64,000 nt of DNA from Octopus vulgaris (GCA_951406725.2 OX597825.1:9486001-9550000); one strand, 5' to 3'. Shown: positions 44,421-56,438, counted from the stretch's first letter. Notes: generated by a model from the sequence alone, not told the origin. Program-made: numbers and translations.

Positions 44421-44556
44421 CAATACAGTCAGGCCCATAGAGTTTTGCACGAACAGGAAAAAAACCCTTCTGCACTGCTAGGACAAGTACTTAAGATAAT
44501 TGTTTATAACCACAAACTTGAAATTTCTCCGGAAGGAACACTGAAATGCTCTTAAT

Positions 44557-44758
44557 TTACATTATTTACATTTGACGGGTATTTGTCCTCATCTTGTTTA
44601 TTGCTAACACAACGTTTCAGCTGATATACCCTCCAGCCTTCATCGGGTGTCTTGGGGGAAATTTCGAACCTGGGTTCTCATTATTCAGGTCACTGCCTGG
44701 AATCGAACTCGGAATCTTGGGGTTAGTAGCCTGCGCTCTTAATCACTATGCCATATGC
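44557..44758 (-). mobile_element. SINE-like unit: tRNA-like head fused to a hammerhead-bearing tail
   Basis: Minus strand GCATATGGCATAGTGATTAAGAGCGCAGGCTACTAACCCCAAGATTCCGAGTTCGATTCC (A box, anticodon-like loop, B box), then HHR 44606-44651: GACAC-CCGAUGA-A-GGCUG..CAGCU-GAAA-CG-UU-GUGUU. Confidence 0.72.
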
Positions 44759-44797
44759 TAGTGGGCATATGGCGTAGTGACGAATAATAATAATAAT

Positions 44798-45030
44798 GAG
44801 AAGAAGAAGAAGAAGAAGAAGAAGAAGAAGAAGAAGAAGAAGAAGAAGAAGAAGAAGAAGAAGAAGAAGAAGAAGAAGAAGAAGAAGAAGAAGAAGAGGA
44901 AGACGAAGAAGACGAAGAAGAAGAAGAAGGAGGAGGAGGAGGAGGAGGAAGGGGAGAAGAAGAAGAAGAAGAAGAAGAAGAAGAAGAAGAAGAAGAAGAA
45001 GAAGAAGAAGAAGAAGAAGAAGAAGAAGAA
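44798..45030. repeat. (AAG)n microsatellite inside the plus-strand HHR-SINE unit
   Basis: Seen directly. Confidence 0.97.
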
Positions 45031-45074
45031 AATCAAAAAATACCTTAGGAAACCTACGTTCAAAATTTCCCCAA

Positions 45075-45120
45075 GACACCTGATGAAAGCTCGAGGGTAT
45101 ATCAGCCGAAACGTTGTGTT
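45075..45120 (+). ncRNA. Minimal type-I hammerhead motif with intact CUGAUGA core
   Basis: GACAC-CUGAUGA-A-AGCUC(GAGGGUAUAU)CAGCC-GAAA-CG-UU-GUGUU. The consensus with the 44606-44651 copy restores a perfect GGCUG/CAGCC stem II. Confidence 0.72.
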
Positions 45121-45473
45121 AACAACAAATAAGATGAGGAGAAGCATCCGTCAACTGTTAAATATAGAACTGTATTGTCTCCTGATTGATGCCTAGACTC
45201 GTTCTTCGGCCATCGTCACACATATACTCCATTAACATTCGATGGAATTCGAGGGTTAAAAGTAAGTTGATGCTGTTGATAACTTTCATAATGTGTTTAT
45301 ATGGAAGTCGAGTCGATATGAGGAGATTAAGGAAGAAACCGTAGACGCCGGTTGTCGCAGTTATGTTGGTTATTGTTGGTTGTGGGGTTTTTAGTTGTTA
45401 TATTAATGCTCTCCATATTAATTATGGCGATAATGGTGAAGAGGACGATAATAAAAAAAAAGCGTAAAAGTCA

Positions 45474-45506
<33 letters not shown>

Positions 45507-45967
45507 GCCGTCATCATGATAATATTTTGAAGGTGGGAGTAGAAATTTAAGATGATGAATATGATGACAGAAGCGTGGATGAAATTTCTTAGCTTCAACG
45601 AACAATACTTAGAGGCACATTGGAAATAAATGAGAAGAATTGGTATAAAAATCATTGACACGGAAGTTATTATATATCGGGCTAGACTACATGAGTATCA
45701 TACACACACGTAATGTATTAACAATGATATATGCGTGTTGAGAGAGAGAGAAAGAGAAGGAGAAAGAGAGATGCATACATATATATCCACACACATACAA
45801 GCATACAAATATATAGATAGATGGAGAGGGAGAGAGAGATAGTGCTGTAAATATGTAGATGTAGATATAGATATAGATATAGATATGTATATATATGTTT
45901 ATACATGAGTGCATACATAATGCCTGTTTGTCTATGTATGCTGTGTTTATTTGTGTATATATATATA

Positions 45968-46170
45968 CTTTTCTACTCTAGGCACAAGGCCCGAAATTTT
46001 GGTGGAGGGTGCCAGTCGCTAAGATCGACCCCAGTACGCAACTGGTACTTAATTTATCGACCCCGTAAGAGGAAGAAAAGCAAAGTCGATCTCGGCGGAA
46101 TTTGAACTCGGAACGTAAAGACACGAAATACCGCTAAGAATTTCGTCCGGCGTGCTAACGTTTCTGCCAC
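45968..46170 (-). mobile_element. tRNA-derived SINE family B (second tail type)
   Basis: Matches 50882-51055, including the tail aaatttcgggccttgtgcctagagtagaaaag. Confidence 0.88.
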
Positions 46171-47082
46171 GTGTGAGCGTGTGTGTATAAGACAGGAAAG
46201 AAAGCAGTGCTCTTGACCCTTTACAGGGCTACCGAGAATGGTGGAAAAAGAAGGATGAAGGTGCCCTCTAACCGGAAACTTTCTCCGAATGCTTCTAGCA
46301 AAGTAGATTCTGCTAAATGCAGCCGTGGTGTCAAGTTGTTGTGTCAAACTGTGCGAGGCACTAAGTCAACCATCCACGTAGATCAAAGCGAGAAGTTGGA
46401 ATCCAGAAAGCAAAGAGCACAAACAAATAACCCAAAACCCTTATTTCTCGATTTTATCAGAAGACACGCAGTAATTGTGACCTATTTTTTCTTAGAAAAC
46501 AATGAAAAATCCAACTTATATATAGCGTTCGTAACCTTCTACATTCTCTGATCGTTTGATATAATAAAAGCTTTGTAAAATCCAATTATTCCCAATTAAA
46601 ACACATTAGTGCTTTCGTTACTATATTTCTAATTAAAATTACGTCACCGAAGTGGTTTAGTCATGTTCTGAACTTATCATGCATTTAGACTGATTATTTA
46701 ACACGACTATAAAATTTTCATTCATCCTATATACTAAGAGAAAAATCCTATTGTGGTTACCATATCTGTCAACCACTGTATTTGGGTTTTGGTTAACCTC
46801 GGTCCTTCATTAACCTCTTAACTCCATATAAATTTCTATTGATATATGTTGTACCTACACGCACACAGATGATGCGTTGCAGAAGCTGTTGTCTATTGAG
46901 CTAAATATATCAAATATTTCCTGCAGAGCAGCGCTGAGATAAAATGTAATATAATGCAGGATTTGAAGTTTATCATTAATCAACTACATTAATTATTACA
47001 CAGAGCGTTACAACCTGCGTTATCCTTACAGACATGATAATAACAACACAATAGACTGTATTAAGATAATACTACTAATAAC

Positions 47083-47254
47083 AGGCGCAGGTGTGACTGT
47101 GTGGTAAGAAGCATGCTTCCCAACCACACGGTTCCGAGTTCAGTTCCACTGCTTCACACCTTGGGCAACTGATTTTCTACTGTAGCCTCGAGCCCACCAA
47201 AGCCTTGTGAGTGGATTTGGTCGACGGAAACTGAAAGAAGCACGTCGTATCGTC

Positions 47255-47327
<73 letters not shown>

Positions 47328-47992
47328 TAATCCAAACATGAAAATACAAAGAGAAAAGACAACAACGCGAGGACGTGGAACAAGTATAGTATTATTGGAT
47401 GCCCAGGAAGGAAGGGAAGAAGGAGGGTTTTACGTTTCGAGCGGAGCTCTTCGTTGGAAACATAGGAAAAGGAAAGATCCAGAGAAGGGAAGACGGAGGG
47501 GAAAAAATCGCCAACGGTACACACGCGGTCACATCTTATATGTGTGTGTGTATGTATGTATGTATGTATGTATGTATGTATATATATATATGTATGCATG
47601 TATGTGTACACACCTATAAATAAATTATATATACACACACACACAAAGAGGATGCGAGGGGTATTGAGGACAGTTTGGGTATACAATAAAACAACTATAT
47701 TTCAGCACAAATAAATATGTATTTGAATAAACATTTGTGCAATTAGTCTTGATAATGATCTTTTTAAGCAAATTATTCTATGTATATATTTGTATGTCTG
47801 TGTTTGTCTTTCCTCCATCACTTGACAACGGATGTTGGTGTGTTTACGTCCCCATAACTTAGGAATTCGGTAAAAGAGCCCGATAGCATAAGTAGCCGGC
47901 TTACAAAGAATTCGTCCTAGGGTCGATTTGTTCGACTAAAGGCGGTTCTCCAGCATGGCCGCAGTCAAACGACTGAAACAAGTTAAAGAAAA
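47083..47992 (+). mobile_element. SINE family A interrupted in its internal microsatellite
   Basis: Head and body at 47083-47250 and tail at 47790-47992 are both collinear with 50290-50709. Confidence 0.85.
47325..47530 (-). repeat. Family E HHR-bearing repeat (motif 47427-47461, core CCAACGA)
   Basis: Reverse complement of 14652-14848. G5A would inactivate the core. Confidence 0.85.
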
Positions 47993-48991
47993 TAATAATG
48001 ATGGTTTCAAATTTTAGCACAAGGCCGGTAATATTATGGAGATTTTGGTAAGTTGCATAATTATATATTTTATGTTAGAAATGAAATAAATCTCAAGCGC
48101 AGGCGATTAGCTGTGAAAATATCTTAAAAGATAGAATAAAATACATTTATAGACGGGAAAAAAGTGATTTTTACAGAGCAACTTGCTTGCCTCTTTTTTC
48201 CGTCTGTAAGGGTATTTTACCCAATCCTCTTAGTAAATCTCTTGTAAATCTCATTACAGTTCTTCTCCTTTCGAGAATTCCTTCATTTTGAGTGTTCCTC
48301 GTTTATAAAACATCAGCTCACTCGGTTTGCATATTTTCGAAATAATTAAGGATTGGAGTAGAAAAAAGTTTTATACCATATATCTGAGAAGATTAATAAA
48401 GTTTCTTGATTAATTACCATAATTTGTGTCCATACAACATTTTTCAAGGGTAATTCAATTCTATAATTTTTCTCCAGCAAAGCAAGCGAACTTCATAGCA
48501 GATGTATTAACCCAACATTTAGCACAGCTTAATACAAGATTCTTATGGTCATCCATTAGTCACAAAACTACTCTAATTGCTTATAAAATTATTTTGTTTG
48601 GTATAAACATCAGCACATAAAATCAGCTATTAACCAATATTTCATTACATATTCACTTGTATTGCTTCATAAATGATTGCTAATTTAAAGCTAATAAAAC
48701 CTAGTAGTAGCAGCGAGGATAAGTGTGGCAGACCAGCAAATACTAGATTGCATACGTGTATAGTCAAAACTTCTCCTTTACTTAGGCTATTTTATATTAA
48801 TGAAGTATTATTGCTATGCATTTTTACCTTGAAAAATATTTGGGTTTTCTAAATACTAACCTAGTATTCTAACCTAGACGTTTGCAGTTCATTTTAAGGG
48901 GTATCTCAGCACTTGTAGTACCACTTGTCAGTAAACCCAAACTGCCATCTAATAATGTTTTCTTTGAAAAGAGACATGTGCCTTATATACC

Positions 48992-49222
48992 TATTTGTTT
49001 ACTACCCACAAGGGGCTAAACACAGAGGGGACAAACAAGGACAGCTAAACGGATTAAGTCGATTACATCGACCCCAGTGCGTAACTGGTACTTAATTTAT
49101 CGACCCCGAAAGGATGAAAGGCAAAGTTGACCTTGGCGGAATTTGAACACAGAACGTAGCGGCAGACGAAATACCGCTAAGCATTTGGTCCGTCGTGCTA
49201 ACGTTTCTGCCAACTCGCCGCC
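48992..49222 (-). mobile_element. tRNA-derived SINE family B, full length with TSD
   Basis: Collinear with 4782-5010. TTATATACC occurs on both sides. Confidence 0.92.
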
Positions 49223-49245
49223 TTATATACCATCAAATGCACACA

Positions 49246-49420
<175 letters not shown>

Positions 49421-49476
49421 CGAAGATGTACTCGCATAGCAAGTGTTTTGATCTGAGATCGTGTGCTGGAACGAAA

Positions 49477-49661
49477 ACAATCGCAGCGTGGAAAGTGTTT
49501 ATAAGCCATTTAAGAAACACACAAAAGCCGTTCGATTCACTTCAACATTTAAGTTTAATTTGTCAAAATATTTTCGTAGCTAAATTTAAATGTTGATGTG
49601 AATCGAACGGCTTTTGTGTGTTTCTTAAATGGCTTACAAACACCTTCCACGCTGCAATTGT
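49477..49661. repeat. Fold-back inverted repeat, 81-bp arms with 23-bp spacer
   Basis: 49477-49557 versus 49581-49661 shows about 5 mismatches. The element spans ~49418-49661 between (TA)n tracts. Confidence 0.92.
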
Positions 49662-49712
49662 ATATATATATATATATAGATAATATATTTGAAAGCAGCA
49701 GAAATATCACAA

Positions 49713-49749
<37 letters not shown>

Positions 49750-49751
<2 letters not shown>

Positions 49752-50073
49752 GCATTCCGTCGCTTACGACGGTGAGGGTACCCATTGATCCGATCGACGG
49801 AACAGTCAGCTCGTGAAATTAATATGCAAGTAGCTGACCACTGCACAGATACGCATGCCTTTAATATAGTTCTCAGAGAGATTCAGCGTGACACAGAATG
49901 TGACAAGGCTGGCCCTTTGAAATACAGGTATTAATGATTCTTGCCAACTGATTGGACAGGAGCAACAGGAAACAAAATGTCTTGCTTAAGAGTTACAATG
50001 TGTCACCGGGAATTGAACTCATGACCTTACGATTGCGAGCTGAATACCCTAACCACTAAGCCACGCTCCTTCA
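49750..50073 (-). mobile_element. tRNA-derived SINE family D with a third tail type
   Basis: Head gtgaaggagcgtggcttagtggttagggtattcagctcgcaatcgtaaggtcatgagttcaattccc plus the family D core. Confidence 0.8.
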
Positions 50074-50289
50074 CACATGCACGCACGCACACACACTCAC
50101 ACATGCACGCACACGCATATGCACACACACATATATACACACATATACACACACATGCACACATGTATATATATATACACACAGATTGTTCGTAAGTGGT
50201 TTATTTGATAGAGAATTGGCAGCTATTACTAGCAAATCGCGAAACGTCCAACAGGGCCCCATATGTTCATATTATTAGGGAAGATAATG

Positions 50290-50709
50290 AGGCGCAGGAG
50301 TGGCTGTGTGGTAAGTAAATTGTTTACCAACCACATGGTTCCGGGTTCAGTTCCACTACGTGGCATCTTGAGCAAGTGTCTTCTGCTATAGCCCCGGGCC
50401 GACCAATGCCTTGTGAGTGGATTTGGTAGACGGAAACTGAAAGAAGCCTGTCGTAGACATGTACATATATATATGTGTGTGTGTGTGTGTGTTTGTGTGT
50501 CTGTGTTTGTCCCCCTAGCATTGCTTGACAACCGATGCTGGTGTGTTTACGTCCCCGTAACTTAGCGGTTCGGCAAAAGGGACCGATAGAATAAGTACTG
50601 GGCTTACAAAGAATAAGTCCCGGGGTCGATTTGCTCGACTAAAGGTGGTGCTCCAGCATGGCCGCAGTCAAATGACTGAAACAAGTAAAAGAGTAAAAGA
50701 GTAAAGAGT
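50290..50709 (+). mobile_element. tRNA-derived SINE family A, full length
   Basis: A-box TGGCTGTGTGG, B-box-like GGTTCAGTTCC, internal (TA)(TG) tract and (AGTAAAAG)n tail. Highly similar to the reverse complement of 61135-61587. Confidence 0.95.
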
Positions 50710-50881
50710 ATAGTGTGAGTGGCGGTGAAGCTGGCGGTGATGATTGTAACTGTAGAATTAGATTTGGTTTGTTAAGACCTCTGTCTGGCCCTAATACGTT
50801 TTCAGAATCGGACTCGATTTGCCAGATGTGGAATCCCCTGCTGTAATGTTAGTAGTAATTATGATAGTGTTAAACCATTCT

Positions 50882-51468
50882 TTTCTACTCTAGGCACAAA
50901 GTCCGAAATTTTGGGGAGGAGGCCAGTCGATTAGATCAACTCCAGTACGCAACTGGTACTTAATTTATCGATTCCGAAAGGATGAACAGTAAAGTCGACC
51001 TCGACGGAATTTGAACTCAGAACGTAAAAACAGACTGCCCGGCGTGCTAACGTTTCTTATTTCTTTACTGCCCACAGGGGCTTAACATAGAGGGGACAAA
51101 CATGGACATACAAAGATATTAATTCGATTACATTTACCTCAGTGCGTAACTGGTACTTAATTTATCGACTCCGAAAGGAGGAAAGTCAAAGTCGACCTCG
51201 ACGGAATTTGAACTCAGAACGCCAAAACAGTCTGCCTGGCGTACTAACGTTTCTTATTTCTTTATTGCCCACAAGGGGCTAAGCACAGAGGGCACAAACA
51301 AGGACAGACAAACGAATTAACCCGATTATATTGACCCCCGTGCGTAACTGGTACTTAATTTATCGACGCCGAAACGATGAAAGGCACAGTCGACCTCGGC
51401 GAAATTTGAACTCAGAACCTAAAAACAGACTGCACGGCGTGCTAACGTTTCTGCCAGCTCGGTGCCTT
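50882..51468 (-). mobile_element. SINE family B trimer with 18-bp TSD
   Basis: Three tandem units. ATAGTGTTAAACCATTCT occurs at 50864-50881 and 51469-51486. Confidence 0.92.
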
Positions 51469-52080
51469 ATAGTGTTAAACCATTCTGCGATGCAGTTCAG
51501 CCCCCGTACAGCTGATGCACAGAGGTGATTGTGAATCAAGCTGAGTTAGTTAAAAAGCCAAAATGATAACACGTCAGAATTGACAGAATAAAAACCGATC
51601 AAATCTCAGGTTGTTATAGACTAGTCACAGAATTCATGCTTAACTGACTATAAAAGACAGCAACGAAGAGGGAAGAGAGAGAAAGAAAGAGAGACAGCGA
51701 AAGAGAGAGAGAGCGGGGTAGATTTCTAGGTTGTCAACATTTAATGAAGTTTTGTCTATCAGACATGAACATATTGTTCGGAACGTAACGTTGTATATGT
51801 ATGAATATATGTGGTGGTCATAGGTGATTGTGTGTGTGCGTGTGTGTGTGTGTGTGTGTATTGTGTATCAATGTATGTGTCTATATATCTATGTACGTAT
51901 ATTATCATACACACACACACATGTTACATATATATATATATATATATAAGTTCAGCAACAATTTAGATTCAAATAAATATGGTACTTAATTTAGATGCAC
52001 CAGAATTTTGTATGGTGTTATCCATAAAATTTGCGGAGTGATTATAATTAAAAATAAGCAACAAGAATGACTCCGGTAAT

Positions 52081-52166
52081 TTGGTACAATTGTTTCGCAC
52101 TACAACATTTTATTAAAAGTTGTAAGTATTACAGCAGATTTATGATGTTGAGTGCTCTTCAGCCAA
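52081..52166 (-). ncRNA. Type-I hammerhead ribozyme motif with fully canonical core, in repeat 51950-52170
   Basis: UUGG-CUGAAGA-GCACU-CAACAU..(loop)..AUGUUG-U-AGUGC-GAAA-CAAUUG-UA-CCAA. All conserved core bases are present, with G10.1-C11.1, a GUA triplet and palindromic stem III ACAAUUGU. Confidence 0.85.
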
Positions 52167-52214
52167 TTATATATATATATGTGTATATATATGTGTATAT
52201 ATATATATTCACCT

Positions 52215-52304
<90 letters not shown>

Positions 52305-52562
52305 TTTTCTCTTGATTCAGTTATTTGACTGCGGCCATGCTGGGGCACCGCCTTGAAGAGTTTTTAAGTCAAATGAATCGACCTCAGGACTGTTTTACTG
52401 TTTGTTTTTTAAGGACTGGTACTCTTTTGTCGAACCGCTAGGTTACGGGGAAATAAACACATCAATATCGGTTATCAAATAGTGTTATGGGGCAAGCAGA
52501 CACAAAGACACGCACATATAGGTATGCTTATATTTATAAACACACACACACACACACACACG

Positions 52563-52597
<35 letters not shown>

Positions 52598-53770
52598 TGG
52601 GTCATCCCATAAGTAAAGCGGTTTTTTCAATTGAACGAAGTAAGAGTCGGAGAGGGACGGGATAAACTACCTGCATCAACTTCCTATAAAAGCAGGTAGT
52701 AATTTAACCTTGTCCTCATGCTTAGTGCACGTTTCGAAGAGTGCAGTTCGAGTTTAACAGTTATTTTTACAAAGCTAGAATTGGAGTGACAAAGGGGTAT
52801 ATTCGGCATATTTTGCTTCATGAGTTCAATAAAGGCAACAATGCAACGGAAAATGCGAGGAATACTAATTGAGTATATGGGTGTCGGACAATAAGCGTAA
52901 GCCAGTGTAATCGGTGATTCTGGAAATTCCGAGCCGGAAACTACAGCCTAGAATACGAGCTTCGTCTTCGAAATCTGTAGGGCTAAAGACAGCCTTCACC
53001 CACGTAAGGTGTTGTTATCTGTTTGGTGGGATATGAAAGGTTTAGTTCCCTTTGAACTTTTAAACCCAAACCAAACCATAACAAAGGAGATCTACTGCGA
53101 GCAGCTGGAAGGGCATAGGTCAGCGCTCGAAGAAAAACGACCATCTTTGGTTTCAAGACGAAAGGTGTTCTTCCATCAGGATAATTCTTGGCCACATACA
53201 GTGAGGATGACATTCCAAAGGCTGGGGCAGTTTCAATGGAAAACGGCGCCTCACCCACCATTTTCACCGAACATTTCCCCATCTCATATCATTTATTCCG
53301 CAGTCTTCCAAATGATTTGGACGGGAAAATACGAATTCTCTAAACGAGGTCAGAAGAGTTCTGGAATATTATTTTTTGTCACGGACAAGTGAATTTTGGA
53401 AGAGGAGCCTTGCAAGTCTATCAGGTAGATGGAAGAGAACTGTAGAAAATGAAGGAGAGTATATTTTAGATAAAACAAAAATTCGTTTAATTTAATTTTG
53501 AAAACTGAAAGACTATTAAGAAACCGCATTATTTATGAGATGACCCTATATATATATATATATATAGGGTTATCCCATAAATAATGCGGTTTTTTATAGT
53601 TATTTCATATATATATATATATACATGCATACATATACGACAAGCTTCATTCAATATCCCTCTATCGAATCTACTCACAAACTTTGGTCTGCCCGATGGT
53701 ATAGTAGAAGCCGTCTACCTAAGGTGCCACTCACGTCGTTGGGAAGCAAGCGTCTTACCCTCCAGCTACG
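52305..53770 (-). mobile_element. SINE family A split by a mariner insertion
   Basis: Tail at 52305-52510 and head/body at 53635-53770 lie on either side of the mariner. Confidence 0.7.
52597..53548 (+). mobile_element. mariner (DD34D-type) transposon, internally deleted
   Basis: TIRs TTGGGTCATCCCATAAGTAAAGCGGTTT / AAACCGCATTATTTATGAGATGACCCTA flanked by TA. IRHILLHEFNKGNNATENAR...FWKFRAGNYSLE is joined directly to LHPRKVLLSVWWDMKG...FHQDNSWPH...PHPPFSPNISPS. Confidence 0.93.
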
Positions 53771-54154
53771 CACACACACACACACACACTAATATTTTCT
53801 TTTTCTCTTTTATTTGTTGCCCCTCCCTAGTCAGCAGAATGCTGTGGTGCTACATTTAAGGGGTTTAGTCCCACAAATCGACCCCAGCATTTCTTTCTTT
53901 CTTTTCTTCTTTTTCGTACCGGGTACTATTCTATCACCTTCTTTTGCTGAACTGCTAAATTACGAAGGAATTTAATTTGTTATGTAAGATACGAATGACG
54001 AATTATACCAACTAATATTTCTCGATTTAACCATTCTATACATAGAATCTTTTCGTAATGTTAGCATTATCAACATGTTTATAATTCTTAATTCCATAAT
54101 TAGATGTTCTGTCACAATTCTTATGCTTAAAGTTATTCATATCAATAGACCTTT

Positions 54155-54218
54155 TGTTATTATTTTTATTATTGTTATTATTATTATTATTATTATTATC
54201 ATTATTATTATTATTATT

Positions 54219-54274
<56 letters not shown>

Positions 54275-54312
54275 TATTATTATTATTATCATTATTATTA
54301 TTATTATTATCA

Positions 54313-54346
<34 letters not shown>

Positions 54347-54403
54347 CATCATCATCATTATCATTATCATCATCATCATTATTATTATTATTATTATTAT
54401 TAT

Positions 54404-54499
<96 letters not shown>

Positions 54500-54534
54500 T
54501 ATTATTATCATTATCATCATTATTTTCATTATCA

Positions 54535-54583
<49 letters not shown>

Positions 54584-54600
54584 CATTATTATTATCATTT
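54155..54600. repeat. (TAA)n/(TCA)n compound microsatellite
   Basis: Seen directly. Confidence 0.97.
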
Positions 54601-54789
54601 ATGTTTATACCAACTATACTGTCAGTATCTTTACACTTACGTCTGTGTCTATTAATACTAATACATTTATCTTCAAGACTGCTATTTGTACCAATCATAT
54701 TTGTATTATTATTCATTCTTACTTATCTTACTTAATAAGGTTACTTGATGTATTTATTTTTATTGCACAAGTCTCATCATATTTGATAT

Positions 54790-55740
54790 CCTATCATTAC
54801 CAGGAAATTTAGTATTTGAGTCGGGATGTAATAAGTTTTATCCTTACACTTCAAGATAATGCGTGGTCATAGAACTTTTCCTTTTGTGCAAATATATCTT
54901 CATTAGTAGGAAGACTCGAAATTCATGCTTATATATTTTTTTTATAATTGAATTTATGAAGTGTCTAGGATGATTAGAATATATATTTACATAACTGAGG
55001 CACTCATTCAGTTTGTGATATGGTTGGTATAGTTCTGTACGTAAATTACAGAGTAATATCAAAGAAGTTAACCTAACTATATTCATTTTCTATGGACATA
55101 GACAGATCGAGACGCTTAAAGAATTCTAAAAACTTTTTCCCGGGCCTGTTAAGATTAACTTTACTAGACCTATGGATAGTGAAAAGAGCGTCGTTCCTAT
55201 ACATTCCAACCACTAATGTAGGAAATTTTCTATGTATAATGTTGAGAATGTAAATTCACACTAATTCAGTTACTTGTGCGTTGTCGTTGGACCCCATAGC
55301 AATGTCGAAATTATCAGGTCTATCAGTCTTAGTCTACTACTTTCCATCGAATTCTAGTATAGAGATTTTCTATCCGTTAGTATTATATTAATTTAGCGTA
55401 TAGAAAAATCTGAATTCTTCATCGCGAAAAAAATGAAGGCCCTATTAAACGACATAGGGTTGATAGATGAATAATGATTTGATATATCTAATTGAATGAA
55501 TTTAGAAAATGTTTCTTCTTAGTATCAATAAATCAGTCAAATACTTCCAAGGAATTTGACCATAATCATAAATAAGCATTTTGTCTGAGCTTAGGAATAT
55601 GCTTATCAATAAGATTACTAATCTTACCAATATCTGATTTAGGTGGACAAATTAGCCTAACTTGTGAATTGGTATTGAAGTTAGCTTTATGGTCCTTTAA
55701 ATTTAACTATTTCCTTTACAATTAAGTTAGTGTTAAGTAA
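54790..55740 (-). mobile_element. Penelope-like element RT fragment, degraded
   Basis: Collinear motifs LKDHKANFNTNSQVRLICPPKSDIGKIS, FIQLDISNHYSSI, NFDIAMGSNDNAQVTELV*IYIL, GMYRNDAL and YQPYHKLNECLSYVNIYSNHP. These match PLE RT LKDHK.NF...RLINP.KSEIGKISK, FDVTMGS.DGAE.CELVG, YRDD and SNHP. Confidence 0.88.
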
Positions 55741-55767
55741 GTTTTCCTCAGAAGCTATTTCATAATC

Positions 55768-55946
55768 CACATTCAGAAGGACCCGGTTTCACTCGGGTTA
55801 TAAACGCATAGCCTTAACACAAACAGACAAACAGACAGGTGTGTAGCCCAACCCCACAAATTTGTTGCCTCATATAACTTCCAGAAAGATGTATACTTTT
55901 TAACGAAATTTTCAACAAATACTGCTTAGATGATGTGGATGCAGAG

Positions 55947-55950
<4 letters not shown>
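55768..55950 (-). mobile_element. Possible short non-autonomous Helitron
   Basis: Minus strand has (GTCT/GTTT) repeats, then hairpin CCCG-agtgaaac-CGGG about 12 nt before a degraded CTAG-like end. Confidence 0.4.
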
Positions 55951-56011
<61 letters not shown>

Positions 56012-56019
56012 AAAGTAAA

Positions 56020-56150
56020 AAAATATACAAACTGGGACTAGGACGTGAAACATTTAGAAGACGACACAAAAAACACGGACGGGACATTCGAAGCCTTCAA
56101 TCTTCAGTCAAGAACCGGATCATCTTCGCAATTTCGACTGATTAATCTTG
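56020..56150 (-). repeat. Family G short repeat
   Basis: Reverse complement of 2345-2510. Flanked by (TA)n. Confidence 0.7.
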
Positions 56151-56301
56151 ATATATATATATATAACAAATAGTGAGGGATTATCAATCGGTACAAAATA
56201 CTTCACCACAACTCTATATTGTAAACTGGTTGTACATAACAAGGTAGTACATAAGAAATAAGCATGGAATTATTGTCATTACATAAAATCCATTTATTAG
56301 A

Positions 56302-56438
56302 GGAAATTTTGGTTACAACTGTTTCCAGTAGTCATTATTGATACAATACTGATAGGTTTTCTCAGTTGGTCTATTGATCGATTGAGGTAAATTGAACGGC
56401 CTAAGAAAACTAATACGACGTTCGTCAGAGCCATTTCC
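56302..56438 (-). ncRNA. Degenerate hammerhead motif with long stem II
   Basis: GGAAAUGGCU-CUGACGA-AC-GUCGUAUU..~75 nt..AAUAAUGAC-UACUG-GAAA-CAGUUG-UA-ACCAAAAUUUCC. The core is intact and the base of stem II is imperfect. Confidence 0.5.

Noticed and set aside
55775-55800. GAAACCGGGUC on the minus strand as a hammerhead 3' half next to the PLE RT
   Set aside because: No CUGANGA or stem I partner upstream. It is better explained as a Helitron-type 3' hairpin (CCCG..CGGG).
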